Origin: Camelus dromedarius
Taxonomy: Eukaryota
DNA length: 64,000 nt
NCBI RefSeq assembly: GCF_036321535.1
Contig: NC_087437.1
Coordinates: 116,748,001 to 116,812,000 of the forward strand
Reading direction: 5' to 3'
Translations under genes and position numbers: made by a program
The notes under the pieces: generated by a model
Database searches by the model: none
Told to the model about the DNA's origin: nothing
What the model saw: only the letters and a program-made list of their open reading frames with translations
Part shown: positions 1-12,803 of the stretch, piece after piece
Numbering within the stretch: position 1 is the first letter of the stretch
Layout of the letters: each line of letters opens with the position of its first letter

Positions 1-1930
1 TATATGCACACTCACACAAGGACACGCCTTCAAGACCTGAATCAGGTAACTGTTTCACCTCACTTCATAGAGACACACAGGGAAAGTCAAACAAAATGAG
101 AAGACAGAGACATATGTTCCAAACAAAAAAACAAGATAAAACCCCAGAAAAAAAAAAAAAAACCCTAATGAAATTAAGATAAGTAATTCACTTCAAGAGT
201 TAAAAGTAACAGTCATAAAAATGCTCACTAAATCAGGAAAGAGTAGAGAAACACAGTGAGAACTCCAACAAATAGAAAATATTAAAAAAAAAAAACAAAA
301 CTCTTAGACCTAAAGAATACAATAACAGAAGTGAAAAATACACTAGAGGGAATCAACAGCAGAGTAGATGATATAGAAGAGCAGATAAATGACATGGAAG
401 ACAGAAAAGTGGAAATCACCCAATCAGAACATAAAAAAAAACAAAAAACACAGTTTTAAATGAGGATAGCTTAAGGGACCTCTGGAAAAACATCAACCAT
501 ACTAACATCATATTGTAGGGGTCCCAGAAGAGCAGAGAAAGAGAAAGAAGCAGAAAAAGTACTTGATTAAATAATGTTTGAAAACTTTCCTTATCTGGGG
601 AAGGAAATAGATATCCAGGTCCAGGAAGCAGAGAGAGTCCCCAGCAAGATAAAGCCAGAGATCCACACCAAAATAAATCGTAATTAAAATGGCAAAAATT
701 AAAGATGAAGAGAGAGTTTTAAAGGTAGCAAAAGAAAAACAGAGTCACATACAAGGGGACATCCATAAGGCTATCAGCTGATTTTTCAGCAGAAACTATG
801 CAGGCCAGAAAGGAGTTGTGAAATATATTTAAAGTGCTAAGAGGAGGAAAAGTGTACAACCAAAGATACTCTACCCAGCGAGGTTATCATTCAGAATTGA
901 AGGAGACATAAAAAGTTTCCCAGGAAAGCAAAAACTAATAGAGTTCATTGCCACCAAAACAATTTTAAAAGAAATTTTAAAGAGTCTTCTTCAGCAAAAA
1001 AGGAAAGTCCGTAACAAGATAAAGAAAACACATGAAAGCAAAAATCTCACTGGTAAAAGCTAATATATAATAAAGACAGTGGATCAACCACTTAAAAAGC
1101 TAGTGTGAAAATTAAAAAACAATTTGGTAAAGTCAATTATAACTACAATAAATAGTTCAGGGATACACATAAAAGATGTAAAATATCTTTTTTGCAGAGG
1201 TGGAGCAAGAATTTAGAGCTTTTAGAACGGTAACTGCAAACCAAAAACCTACAATAAATACATAAAAAAAGAAGTAGAAAGGAACCCAAACATAACACTA
1301 AAAAGAAAATTGTCAAACTACAAGGGAAGAAACTAAAAGAAGACAAAAGAGAAGAACTACAAAGCAGACAAACAAACCAAATAGAAAACAAGTAACAAAA
1401 TGGAAATAAATACATATCTATCAACAATCACTTTAAATGTTAAGTGTAAATGAACTAAATTCTCCAATCAAAAGACACAGGATGGTTGAATGGGTTTTTT
1501 TTTAAAGGCCAATCTATATGCTGCCTATGAAAGACTCACTTCAAAACTAAAGACATACAGACTGAAAGTGAAGAGATGGAAAGAGAACATTCCATACAAA
1601 TGGAAACCAAAATAAAGTTGGAGTAATAATACTCTTGTCGGACAAAATGGACTTAAAAAAAAAGTCTGTAACAAAAGACAGAGAAAGGCTTATATAATTA
1701 AGAAAAAAATGAAAGAGGGCCAAAATAAATAAAATTAGATATAAAAGAAGAGAAATTAGAATGCGTATCACAGAAATACAATCATAAAAGAATACTAAGA
1801 ACAATTACATGCCAACAAATTGGACGCCCATGAAGAAATTAATAAATTCCTAGAAACATACAGTCTTCCAAGACTGAATCAGGAAGAAATAGAGAATCTA
1901 AAAAGACTGATAACTAATGAAATTGAATCA

Positions 1931-2111
1931 AGGGGGGAGGGTATAGCTCAAGGGGTAGAGTGCATGCTTAGCACACACAAGGTCCTGGGTTCAATCCCCA
2001 GGACCCCCTCTAAAAATAAATAAATAAATAAAACTAATTACATCCCCCCAAAATAAAAAATTAATAAATAAATTTAAAATAAAATAAAGATTAAAAAAAA
2101 GAAAGAAAGAA
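1931..2111 (+). mobile_element. tRNA-derived SINE (camelid Vic-1-like) inserted in L1 ORF2
   Basis: Head ggggagggtatagctcaaggggtagag...gggttcaatccc (A and B boxes), A-rich tail, 12-bp TSD gaaattgaatca at 1919-1930 and 2112-2123. Confidence 0.93.
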
Positions 2112-3908
2112 GAAATTGAATCAGTAAAAAAAAAAAAAAAAAAAAAACCAACAAACAAAAGTCCAAGACCAGACAGCTTCACAGGCGAATTCTAACAAAC
2201 ATTTAAAGGAGAATTAATGTCTTTTCTTCTCAAACTAATCCAAAAAATTGAAGAGGAGGAAATACTTGCAAACTCATTCTGTGAAGACAGCATACCTTGA
2301 TTATCAAATCCTCAACATAACAAAGGCCATTTATGATGAAACAGCTAAGATCATACTCAATGGTGAAAAGCTAAAAACTTTTCCTGTGAGGTCAGGGACA
2401 ATACAAGGATGCTCACTCTCAGCGCTTCTATTTAACATAGTATTGGAAGTCCTAGCCACAGTGATCAGACAAGAAAAAGAGATATGTTGTCTGAATTGGA
2501 AAGGGAGTCACGGAGTCACGTCTGTCACTATTTTCAGATGACATGATACTATATGTAGAAACCTCAAAAGATGCAACCAGAAGACTATTAGAACTAAGAA
2601 AGGAATTCAGTGAAGTTGCAATACATGAAATTACTATACAGAACTTTCTTGCATTTCTAAACACTTGTAATGAACTATCAGAAAGAGAAATCAAGAACAC
2701 AATCTCACTTACAACTGAATCAAAGAGAATAAAATACCTAGGAATAAATTAACCAAGGAGGTGAAAAACTTGTACCTTGTGAACTATGAAACATAGAAGA
2801 AAAAAATTGAAGACAACATAAATAAATGGAAAGATATCCCATGTTCACGGATCAGAAGAATTAACGTGGTTAAATGTCCATAATACCTAAAGCAATCTAC
2901 AGATTCAATGCAATCCCTATCAAAATACCAACGGCATTTTTCATGGAACTAAAACAAATCATCTTAAAATTTGTATGAAATCGTAAGTGACTCTGAATAG
3001 CCAAAGCGATCTTTAGAAAGAAACAAAAACAAAACAAAAAACAAAGTTGGTGGTATGGTGCTTCCAGATTTCAAACTGTACTACAAATAAAAACACTATG
3101 GTCCTGGCAAAAAAACAAAACAAAACAGACGCGTAGATCAATGGAACAGAACAGGAAGCCCAGCAAAAAACCAACACACATTTGGTCAATTAATCCGTGA
3201 CGAAAGATGCGAGAATATACAATGTAGAAAAGACAGTCTCTTTTAATAAGCGGTGTTGGGAAAACTGGACAGCCACACGTGGAAGAAAAAAATTAGATCA
3301 TCTCTCACACCAGACACAAAAATAAGATCAAAATGGATTAAAGACTTAAATGTCAGGCTTGATGCCGTAAAACTCTACATAGAAAACATTGATCTCAGCA
3401 ATATTTTTTTGGATCTGTCTCCTCAGTCAGGGGCAACAAAGGGAAAAATAAACGAATGGGACCAAATCAAATTAAAAAGTTTTTGCTCAGGAAAGGAAAC
3501 CATCAACAAAACAAAAAGGCAACCTATTTAATGGGAGAAGATATTTGTAAATATGTCCGCTAAGGGGTTAATACACAAAATATATAAAGAACTTATAGAA
3601 TTCAATATAAAAATCTAATTAAACAATGGACAGAGAAGGTAATTATGTATTTTGCAAAGAAGACATACAAATGGCCAACAGGCACATGAAAAGATGCTCA
3701 ATATCACTAATCATCAGGGAAATGCAAGTCAAAACCACAATGAGATATCAGCTTACACCTGTCAGAATGGCTGTCATCAAAAAGACAACAAATCACAAGT
3801 GCCGGTGAGGATGTGGAGCAGAGGGAACCCTTGCGCACTGTTGGCGGCAATGCAAAATGGTTCACTATGAAAAATGGTGTGGAGATTCCTCAAAAAATTA
3901 AAAATAGA

Positions 3909-4250
3909 GTGTAAACTTGTTTATCTATTTTATATATACCAGTCAGTATCTGCAAATCTCAAACTCCCAATTTGTCCCTTCCCACCCCCTTCCCCCCATT
4001 AACCATAAATTTGTTTTCTATGTCTGTGAGTCTGTTTCTGTTTTATAAATAAGTTCATTTGTCTTTTTATTTTTTAGATTCCACATATGAGTGATAGCAC
4101 AGGGAACCATAGTCAATATCTTATAGTAGCTTACAGTGAAAAAGAATATGAAAGTGAATATATGTATAGCCATGTATGACTGAAGCATTGTGCTGTACAC
4201 CAGAAATTGACACAACATTGCAAACTGACTATACTTCAATTTAAAAAATT
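3909..4250 (+). mobile_element. Young 5'-truncated, 5'-inverted L1 3' end nested in older L1
   Basis: 3909-4093 is the reverse complement of L1 3' sequence; ~4094-4250 continues the same consensus in sense orientation to an A-tail. Flanks aaaaattaaaaataga / aaaaattaaaaaaataga are TSD-like. Confidence 0.88.
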
Positions 4251-5499
4251 AAAAAAATAGAACTACCATATTATCCAGTAATTCCACTCCTCAGTATTTA
4301 TCTGAAGAAAACAAAAACACTAATTAAAAAAAAAATGAATGCTCCCCTATGTTCATTGCAGCATTATTTACAATAGCCAAGATATGGAAGCAACCAAAGT
4401 GCCTATCAAAAGAGGAAATAAAGAAGATGTGAGATACATGTATATGTATATTTACACACACACATATATACAACAGAATATAACTCAGCCATAAAAAATA
4501 ATGAAAACCTTGCCATTTGCAACAATACGGATACATCTAGAGGATATTATGCTAAATGAAATAAGTCAGAGCGAGAAGGACAAATACCGTATGAATTTAT
4601 TTATATATGGAATCCAAATAACAACAAACAAAATAACAAAGCAGAAACAGAGTTGTAGATAGAGTACAAACAGAAGGTTATCAGAGCGGGGGAGGGTGAG
4701 GAAAGGAGAGAAACAGCTAAGGGAGATTAAGAGGTACAAAATTCCAGTTGCAAAATAATTGAGTCACAGGTATGAAATGTACAGTGTGGGGAATATAGTC
4801 AATAATTATGTAATGTATTTGGTGACAGACGATAATTAAACTTATCGTGGCGATTATGTTGAAATGTACAGAAATCTTGAATCACTATGTTGTGTAACAG
4901 GAACTAGCGTAGCATTGTAGGTCAATGATACTTCTAAAACAAACAAAAAAAAAACGCCACGGAAAATGAGATCAGATTTGTGGTTATCAGGGGTGTGGGG
5001 GGAAGGGGAACTGGATGAAGGCAGTCAAAAGGTACAAACTTCCAGTTGTAAGATCGAGCAGTATTAGAGATGTGTTGTCTAAAAAGATAAACACAGTGAA
5101 TGCTTCTGTAGGATAGACGTGAAAACTGTTAAGAGACTAAATCCTAAGGGTTCTCATCACAAGGAAAAAAAAAAAATTCTATTTCTTAAATTTTGTGTCT
5201 GTCTGAGATGATGGATGTTCACTGAACTAACTGTGATAATCATCTCATGACGTATATAAGTCAAATCATTATGGTGTGTACCTTAAACTTACACAATATT
5301 GTATGCCAATTACATCTCAGTAAAGCTGGAAGGAAAAAACAAGAAATATGCAGATACTGGGAGGAAATGATAATGATAAGGGTGGGGGATATAGGTGATT
5401 GTTAATTTTTTACTTTACACTTTTATGTATTTCTAGTTGTCGGCAGTGAGCAGGTATTGCTTGTAAAACTAGAAAGAAAACAATAAATGTCATTTTAAA

Positions 5500-8400
5500 A
5501 TGTTCTCCATAATCCAGAAAGTTCCTCTGTCCCCTTTCAGATCAATTTTCACTATCCTAGAAATAACCCCTGTTCTCATTTCTGTTGCTACAAATTAGTT
5601 TTGCCTGATCTAGACCTTCATAAATGTCTGCATACACTATGCTCTCTTCCTGTGTCTGCTTCTCTCACTCAGATCGATGCTTTTGCAATTCATCCACGAT
5701 GTCATGTGTTTCAGAGATCTGGCCCATTTTTTGTTGTTGTTGACCACTGTCTGGATATACTATAATTTGATTATCCATCCCAAGTACATAAGCATGGAGG
5801 CTGTTTTTGGTTTGGGGCTAATATGAATAACGATGCTATCAACATTTTTTTTGCAGGGCTCTTCATGAACTTGTGTTTTCATGTTTCTGGTTATTGACTT
5901 GAACATCATAGGGTTGATGTATGTTTGTGGTTTTAGGAAACTTCCAATCAGTTTTCCAAAGTGGCTGTATCATTTTACACTCCCAACAGAAATGAGTGAA
6001 TGTTCCGGCCGCTCCACATACTCTGCAATTCTTCATCTGGCCAATGTTTTTTCACTTCAGCTATTCTAACAGGGGTATAGTAGTATATCAGAGGGGTTTT
6101 TTATCTGCCTTTCCTTGATGAGTAATGGTGTCGAAAGTCTTCTCACATCCATACTGGCCGTATATCTTGTCTGGCAATGTGTCTCTTCATGTCTTTTGCC
6201 CATTTTAATTAATTACTTATTTTGTTGTTGAAATCTAGTTGACATACAATATTACGTTAGTTTCAAATGTACAACAGGTGATTCAACATTTAAATATGTT
6301 ATAAAATGATCACCATGATAAGTCTAGTAACAATCTGTCATCATACAAATGTATTACTATATTCCTTATGTTGGCCATCTTTCATGTTGTATATTACATT
6401 CCCATGATTTATTTATTTTATAACTGGAAGTTTTACTTCTTAATCCCCTTCACCTATTTTGCCCAATCCCTGACCACCCCCTCCCCTGTGGTGGCCACCA
6501 GTTTTTTTCTCTGTATCTATAAATCTCTTTCTGTTTCTTTCTTTCTTTCTTTTAAATTTTTGCATCTAAGTGAAATCACATAGTATTTGTCTTTGTCTGA
6601 CTTCACTTAGCATAATATTCTCTAGCTCCATCTGTGTTGTCGCAGATGGCAAGATGTCATTCTCTTTTATAACTGAGTCATATTTCCTTGTATGTATATA
6701 TACCACATCTTCTTTATTCTTTCATCTATTGATGGGCACGTAGGTTGCTTCCATATCTTGGCTATTTTAAATTATCTGCAGTGAACATAAGGGTGCATTT
6801 ATATTTTGAATTAGTGTTTTTGTTTTCTTTAGGTAAATACCCAGAAGTGGAATTGCTAAATCCTATCCTAGATCTATTTTTAATTTTTTGAGTAACCTCC
6901 ACACCATTTTCCATAGTGGCTGCATCAATTTCCATTCCCACTAGCAGTGCACAAGGGTTCCCCTTTCTCCACATCCTTAACTAACACTTGTGATTTGTGT
7001 TCTTTTTGATGATAGCTGTTCTGACAGGTGTGAGGTGATATCTCACTGTAGCTTTGCAGTCTCTGATAATTATGAATATTGGCTCCTTTTGGGTATATCG
7101 TTTGCAAATATCTTCTCCCATTCATTGGGTTGCTTTTTTGTTTTGTTGATGATTTCCTACACTGTGCAAAATCTTTTTAGTTTGACGTAGTTCCATTTGT
7201 TTCTTGGAGGTTTCTTTGCTCGTTTTTTTGTTTTTGTTTTTGATTTTTTTTTTTTTTTTTTTTTTGGCTTTTGTTGACCTTGCCTGAGGAGACAGATCCA
7301 AAAAATATTACTAAGACCAAGTTCAAAGAGTTTACTGCCTATGTTTTCTCCTAGGAGTTTTATGGTTCGGGGTCTTATTAAGTCTTTAAACCATTTGAGT
7401 TTATTTTTGTACATGGTGTAAGACGGTGGTTCAGTTTCATTCTTTTGCAGGCAGCTGTCCAGTTTTCTCAACACCGTTTATTGAAGATGCTCTAGTTTCT
7501 CCATTCTATTCTCTCACTGCCTTTGTTATAGATTAACTGGCCATATAAGCATGGGTTTATTTCCGTGTTCTGTTCCATTGACCTCCGTGTCTTTGTACCA
7601 GTGCTGGTCTGTTTTGTCCGCTGCAGACCTGCAGTGCAGTATAGTGAAAAATCAGGAACCCTGATACCAACAGCATTACTCTTCTTTCTCCCAATGACTT
7701 TGACTATTTGAGGTCTTTTGTGATTCCATACAAATTTTAGAATTACTTGTTCTACTTCTATGAAAAGTGCCATTGGTATTCTGACTTTTGCCCACTTTTA
7801 AATTGAGTTGTTTGCATTTTTATTATTGAGCTGCAGTAATTTTAAAAAATCATTGTTGGCAGAAGTCCCTCAACAGACTTCTAGGACTATCTTTTCCTGG
7901 TCTGTGGATTTTCTGTTTAGTGTATTAATAATGTCTATTGGATGAGCAGAAGTTTTCATTTCGATGACATTCAGTTTATCACAGGGAATTTTTTTTTTTT
8001 TAACATTGAGTGGTTTCTGCGGATGCTTGCTTTCTCTAGTAAAGTTATGTCCACCCCCAAAGTCAAGAAGTCAGTTACTCTCCTAGGTTTTCTTCTAGAA
8101 GCTTTACAGCTTTAGTTGTTATGATTAGGTCCAGTTCTCTCCTGGAGTAACTTCCGTGTATGATGTGAAGTGGGGGTTGAGGTCTGTATTCCTTTACATC
8201 CACTTGTCTCTACTTTTTTTGGAAAAAAAGTTGTTTTTTCCTTTGAATTACTTTGACATCTCTGTTGAAAAAAATATTATACCATATATGTTTGATTTAT
8301 TTCTGGAACCTCTATTTGGTTCCATTGACTTATTTTTATCTATTCTTTAACTAGGACGGTGCTGATGTAAAATGGTAGCTTTGTATTAAATCTTGAAGTC

Positions 8401-8770
8401 AGTTTAAAATGTGTTAATTCCTCCAAATTTGTTTTTTTACTTAAAGATTGTGTTGGCTATTTTAGGTCTTTGAATTTCTGTATAAATTTTAGGCTCAGCT
8501 TGTCAACTTTAATTTTTAAAAACCTGCTTGGGTTTAGGTTGGGATTGCGTTGCAGCTATGGGTGAATTTAGAGAGAACTGACATCATAAAGTGTTGTCCA
8601 CTAAACCTTAAACGCTGTGTCTATTTCCGCTTATGCAGGTTTTCTTTTATATCTCTCAGTATCACTTTACAATTTTCACAGTAGAGGTCATACATACCTT
8701 CTGTTAAGTTATTTCTATGTTTTTCATGTTTTTGGATGATATTGGAAAAGGTATTTTAAAAATTTTTATT
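5500..8770 (-). mobile_element. Old antisense L1M element split by a younger L1 at ~6208-7784
   Basis: T-rich L1 3'/ORF2 antisense motifs (ttttccaaagtggctgtatcattttacactcccaac; gattgtgttggctattttaggtcttt) continue on both sides of the insert. Confidence 0.8.
6208..7784 (-). mobile_element. Younger antisense L1 (3'UTR and ORF2 C-terminal part)
   Basis: Minus-strand ORF pieces MWRKGNPCALLVG, KWFKDLIRPRTIKLLGENIG, ILKFVWNHKRPQIVK. Imperfect TSD cttttgccca(t/c)ttt starting at 6193 and 7785. Confidence 0.88.
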
Positions 8771-11216
8771 TTCCCATGCTATATGATAAAATCTGTGTAT
8801 ATAAACACATATACACTTATATGTGTATATGAGTTTGTGTATTGATAGTCACATCTCTCTATCCTTCTCTTACCTATCTATCCAGCAATCTATTTCTTTT
8901 GCTTGTTTGTCCAGTCCTCTGAATTAGATAAATTACATTCTTTAGTTCATGGCATAATTTTATCACTGGTCCATGCATGGCAGGTATGTCTCATGTACGT
9001 ACGTATGTATTTTTAGTAATGTAATAAACACCTTTTAATCTACTGCTCAAAACAAAAATTCACAGAAAATAAGCTGTATCTAATCATATGCCCCCTCCCC
9101 AAATCCTCTCCTCTACCCTCCATGCTCACACATCATCACCCTGAATCTACCTCTGAGTTACTGAAGCTTCCCTTTGTGTTTGGACGTTTGGATGTAGGTG
9201 CTGTTTCCAGGTTTCTGCTATCACAAGTAACCATAGAATAAATATTTGTAGCATATGTAAAGCATATTTGGTCCAAACATTGATTGTTCTTGGGATTTGT
9301 TCTTATAACTGAAATTCCTATGTTTAGGGAAGTTATATCAAAATAAGATTGTTTTCAATTAAGCCGTTAAGGCTTAGACAGACTTCCAACAGTTCCTCAT
9401 TTTCTTCCCCTTTGCAGACGTGGGAAAAGAATTCATCGGGACCAAGCCAGTGTCGGAGGGCAGGGGGAAGCCTTGTGTCTGGTGAAGAGCAGCGAGGAAA
9501 TTCACAGACTCCTACCCTTTGTCACGTGTCCAGTGTTCACACGTCCATTGTGCGAGCATTTAGTGAAGGTGGCCTTGGGACAGGCCTTGACAATGTACAA
9601 AACCGATGTGGACAAGACGCAGAAGACCAGCATGGTCTGCCTCCTGTCCCCTCACACCCTGGTGGGGAGATAACTCAGAGATATACCCCTGGAGTAGAAG
9701 AAATCGTGGTGACATCATGGTTGTGAGGACCCAGTGGTCCCCACCCTGGCTCTGTATCCAATCACCTTGGGGACACAAGGACAAATATACTAAAATACTA
9801 GGTCCAGGGATCCACCTAGATTTTGATTTATTAGCTGTGGATTGAGCCAGACAGTGACTTTTACTCTTTATTGCTGCATTAGATGCATGGAGTTTAAATT
9901 TTCCAGCACTCACGCAAGGCTGATCACAAAGGCAACTGCCGCTGCCCTGCCCCCTCCTCCACTGACCCCAGTTTCTCTGAAGCTTTGACATATCCTGTAC
10001 TTCTTTCTGGGGCAGTATTTTAACTCCGCTTCTCTCTTGTTAGGGCCGGCTTGGTGCTGGAGAGAATATCATGATGCGATCATGTGTGATCCCATTTCAG
10101 GCCCTTTTTAAAAACCAACCATCACTGGCAGCTGCAGGGCTGGCTCTGGCGCCGTGAAAGGGCTCTGACTTCCCCGGGGAGGGGCCCGAGGCCCAACTTC
10201 ACCGCTGTCCCCCGGGGCTCTTGCGCCCTGTTATGAGTCAGAGCCCTCAGACTGGCCTCAGAGGATTCTGTCATTTCCCTCTTTGCTAAGGGGATGGGGA
10301 CCAGCCTGTCACGGCAGAGTCCCAGGGGATAGACGAGGAAGTTCTGAGCCTACAGGTGGCCTGAGAGATGTCAGCAGAGCAAGATGTGATTTAAGGAAAT
10401 AAATGGGCCCAAATAAAGCAGAAAGAAGGACCTCTCCTTCCCCAGAGGTCCATGTGGGAAGATAACCGAATGGATTAGAGACTCACTGGGAAGCATGAGC
10501 CAAATACGCCAGGGCCACAGGACATAAGGAACCTGGGACACTGTCACAGCCCTTGTCAGAGTCACCCCTTCTAGGAAAACTTGGATTGAACAGGGACATG
10601 CTGGCTGCACAGAATCCACGAAATTATGAGACCCAGCCAGTTCCAGTGTAGTCTCCTGAGTTGTGAGGATGGATTCCTGGTCCCAGTTACACGTTTGGGG
10701 TCACCCTTCAGTCCAGACCCCTGTCTTCCCACAGTGACCACGCGTAAGAGGAGCAGGAGCCTCAGAGGAGGGGGATCCCCGGGACCTCTGGGGCAGGACC
10801 AGCTGTCTCTGCAGCAGAGGGAACCTTTAACTCAGGAGCCTGGCTCTCACCAGGACAGGGCCCCACCACCCTGCCCTGACCTCCTCTTAGGCACAGAACG
10901 GGACCGGCCTGGCCCTGCTTTGACCCCCTAGGTCTGCTGTGGGGCCAGGCGGGCCTCGAGTGGCCCAGCTCCAGGCTGTGCTCAGCCCTCCCCCTCCCCC
11001 AGGGCCTGGGTAAGTGAGGTCGCTTTCCACTGCCAGCGACGTTAGGGACAACTGCGGACCAGGACCTGGCTGGCCTCCCCTCCCCCGGCCCAGCTGCCCG
11101 CCCTGGCGGGCAGGCGCTTGCTTACCTTGGAGACGGAACACCGCAGGGTTCTGAGTGGGCAGTTGGGCCCACAGGACGCTGGTCCTCAGAGGCAGAGCTG
11201 CGGAGGCCTCGCCGCC

Positions 11217-12803
11217 ATGGAGGTCCTGCAGGCTGCCCGCGGGGCCACTTTCCAGCTGATCCTGGAGCCCCTGTGGGGCGCTCTGCTGCTTGTTTACGAA
11301 AGCCTGACACACGTCCCGGGTCTGCCTGTGCTTCGCTGGGAGAGCCTGGTGTGTGCTGGGGTGCTGGTCCTGGCAGGAAGTGGACGGTACGCTTTAAGAA
11401 GGGGGAGGTCGCTTGGAAAAACGCCTTCAGCCCGAGACGAAGTCTGTGGAAAATGTGAAGAGGCTACGGGCCCGACGACTCAGGCCCACGAAGCCCTCAA
11501 GCCACCTGGGCCGGAGGCCAGTCCTCCCTTGTTAAAAGTCTTATGCTTTTGGGCCTTGAAAGAAAACCTGAGAAGGACATTGTTTGAGGGCACTGTTGCC
11601 TTTATAGAAAAGGCACTGAAGAGCCAGCCTCCTCAACTCTCCCGAGTCGCTGACGGAAAACACACCTTAAAGCCATCAGAGGAGAATGGAGAACGAGCTC
11701 AGAAGACAGAAAAGAATGATCTGAATAAGACGATTGGTTTTCCAGAGAGTCCAGAGCGGTTTCACCCAGAAATTGGAAGAAGGGAGCGACAAGTCCAGGG
11801 AAAGGAGGAGCTGGGTGGGAGGCTGGAGCGGCCGAAGGCAGGAAAGGCGCAGGTCCTGCAAGACAGAATCAGCCGACTCAGATCCGTCGCGGACCACCTG
11901 CTGAAGGCCAGCCCCTCGCCCCGCCTCCGTGGGGGCCCCGCGGGTGGCGGGCGCGCGGACATCCAGCAGAAGGAGGGGGCAGAAGATGGCCATCGCCCTG
12001 TCCCCGGGGCGGAGGGCGATCTGAAGGGCGTCACTGGTGATTCTGGCCGCAGTGTGCCCCTTCCCCGTCCCCAAGAGGAACATCAGGGGACAGCCAGGCG
12101 CCTGCGGGAAGAAAAGCAGATGATCCAAGAGCTTACAGCACAAGTTACAAGTCTCCAAACAGAAGAAGCCTCTGTGAAGGGTGAGAATTCCCGGCTCGAT
12201 GGTGAGATTGAGCAGCTGAAGCTGAAGCTTCAAAGTCTGCCTGACGCCTATGACGACTGTGTGACGCAGCTTCACAGAGAGTTGTCCCAGGTGGAAGCTC
12301 GCTGCTTACAAGTTGAGAAGCAACTCACCCACGTGTGTAGAGACCTGGACTCCACACGTCAGATGCGCGACCTCTGCAAGAAGATGGCCCAAGACGCAGG
12401 CGAGGAATTGGAGAGAACCACCTCCTACCACCTCAAGAAGATCCACTTCCAAGAGAAAAGAGCTGGGGAAGGCTGGCTGGCGGCGGTGGCCACCAAGAGA
12501 AAGCTCCAGGAGCTGCGACAGGAGAGTGACCGCAGCCGGCAGATGCTGGCCCAGGTCGAGTCCAACGTCCAGCCTCCCCCCAGGGGCCCTGGTGCTCCTG
12601 CTGCTCCGCCCGCAGCCCCCAGGGGCCTGCCAGTGTTGGGCGGGGGGGGGGGGCCCTGGGCCATCAGGCCCCCCGGGAAGGAGGAGGGCACCGCGGTGAG
12701 GGAGCAGGGCCCTGCGGTCACCTGCAGGTGTGACTCAGCTCACAGCAGCCGGTCCAGACGCTCACAACCACAGCACAACATCCGCACGTGTGCTCTCTTT
12801 TGA
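11217..12803 (+). CDS. Intronless cTAGE5/MIA2 (TANGO1-like) family coiled-coil protein, retrogene, 528 aa
   Basis: gccgccATGg Kozak at 11211-11220, in frame within the 561-aa ORF. Segment ELTAQVTSLQTEEASVKGENSRLDGEIEQLKLKL...QLHRELSQVEARCLQVEKQL...EELERTTSYHLKKIHFQEKRAGEGWLAAVATKRKLQELRQESDRSRQML aligns by eye with the cTAGE5 coiled coil as I recall it (ELTEHIKNLQTQQASLQSEN...EELERTIHSYQGQIISHEKKAHDNWLAARNAERNLNDLRKE). N-terminal hydrophobic segment WESLVCAGVLVLAG. Confidence 0.85.
   Translation: MEVLQAARGATFQLILEPLWGALLLVYESLTHVPGLPVLRWESLVCAGVLVLAGSGRYALRRGRSLGKTPSARDEVCGKCEEATGPTTQAHEALKPPGPEASPPLLKVLCFWALKENLRRTLFEGTVAFIEKALKSQPPQLSRVADGKHTLKPSEENGERAQKTEKNDLNKTIGFPESPERFHPEIGRRERQVQGKEELGGRLERPKAGKAQVLQDRISRLRSVADHLLKASPSPRLRGGPAGGGRADIQQKEGAEDGHRPVPGAEGDLKGVTGDSGRSVPLPRPQEEHQGTARRLREEKQMIQELTAQVTSLQTEEASVKGENSRLDGEIEQLKLKLQSLPDAYDDCVTQLHRELSQVEARCLQVEKQLTHVCRDLDSTRQMRDLCKKMAQDAGEELERTTSYHLKKIHFQEKRAGEGWLAAVATKRKLQELRQESDRSRQMLAQVESNVQPPPRGPGAPAAPPAAPRGLPVLGGGGGPWAIRPPGKEEGTAVREQGPAVTCRCDSAHSSRSRRSQPQHNIRTCALF

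Larger units (their letters stand above)
60..5345 (+). mobile_element. Degenerate LINE-1 (ORF1 ~97-1000, internally deleted ORF2 ~1400-4620, 3'UTR to ~5340), interrupted by a SINE and a younger L1
   Basis: ORF fragments match L1 ORF2 motifs ([103 protein letters not shown]). A-rich sense strand, many stops and frameshifts. Confidence 0.95.

Noticed and set aside
1931..2010. tRNA-like sequence
   Set aside because: It is a SINE head with A-tail and TSD, not a tRNA gene; the same applies to the other four copies.
4650..5340. Apparent duplication in the L1 3'UTR (ggtacaaa.ttccagttg at ~4733 and ~5031)
   Set aside because: Most likely part of the L1 subfamily 3'UTR structure or stacked L1 tails rather than a new element.
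11118..11216. N-terminal 33 codons of the 561-aa ORF
   Set aside because: They begin at TTG; the ATG at 11217 has a perfect Kozak context and matches the cTAGE start, so the extension is likely UTR.
11676..12275. 199-aa antisense ORF
   Set aside because: Shadow of the GC-rich cTAGE coding strand.
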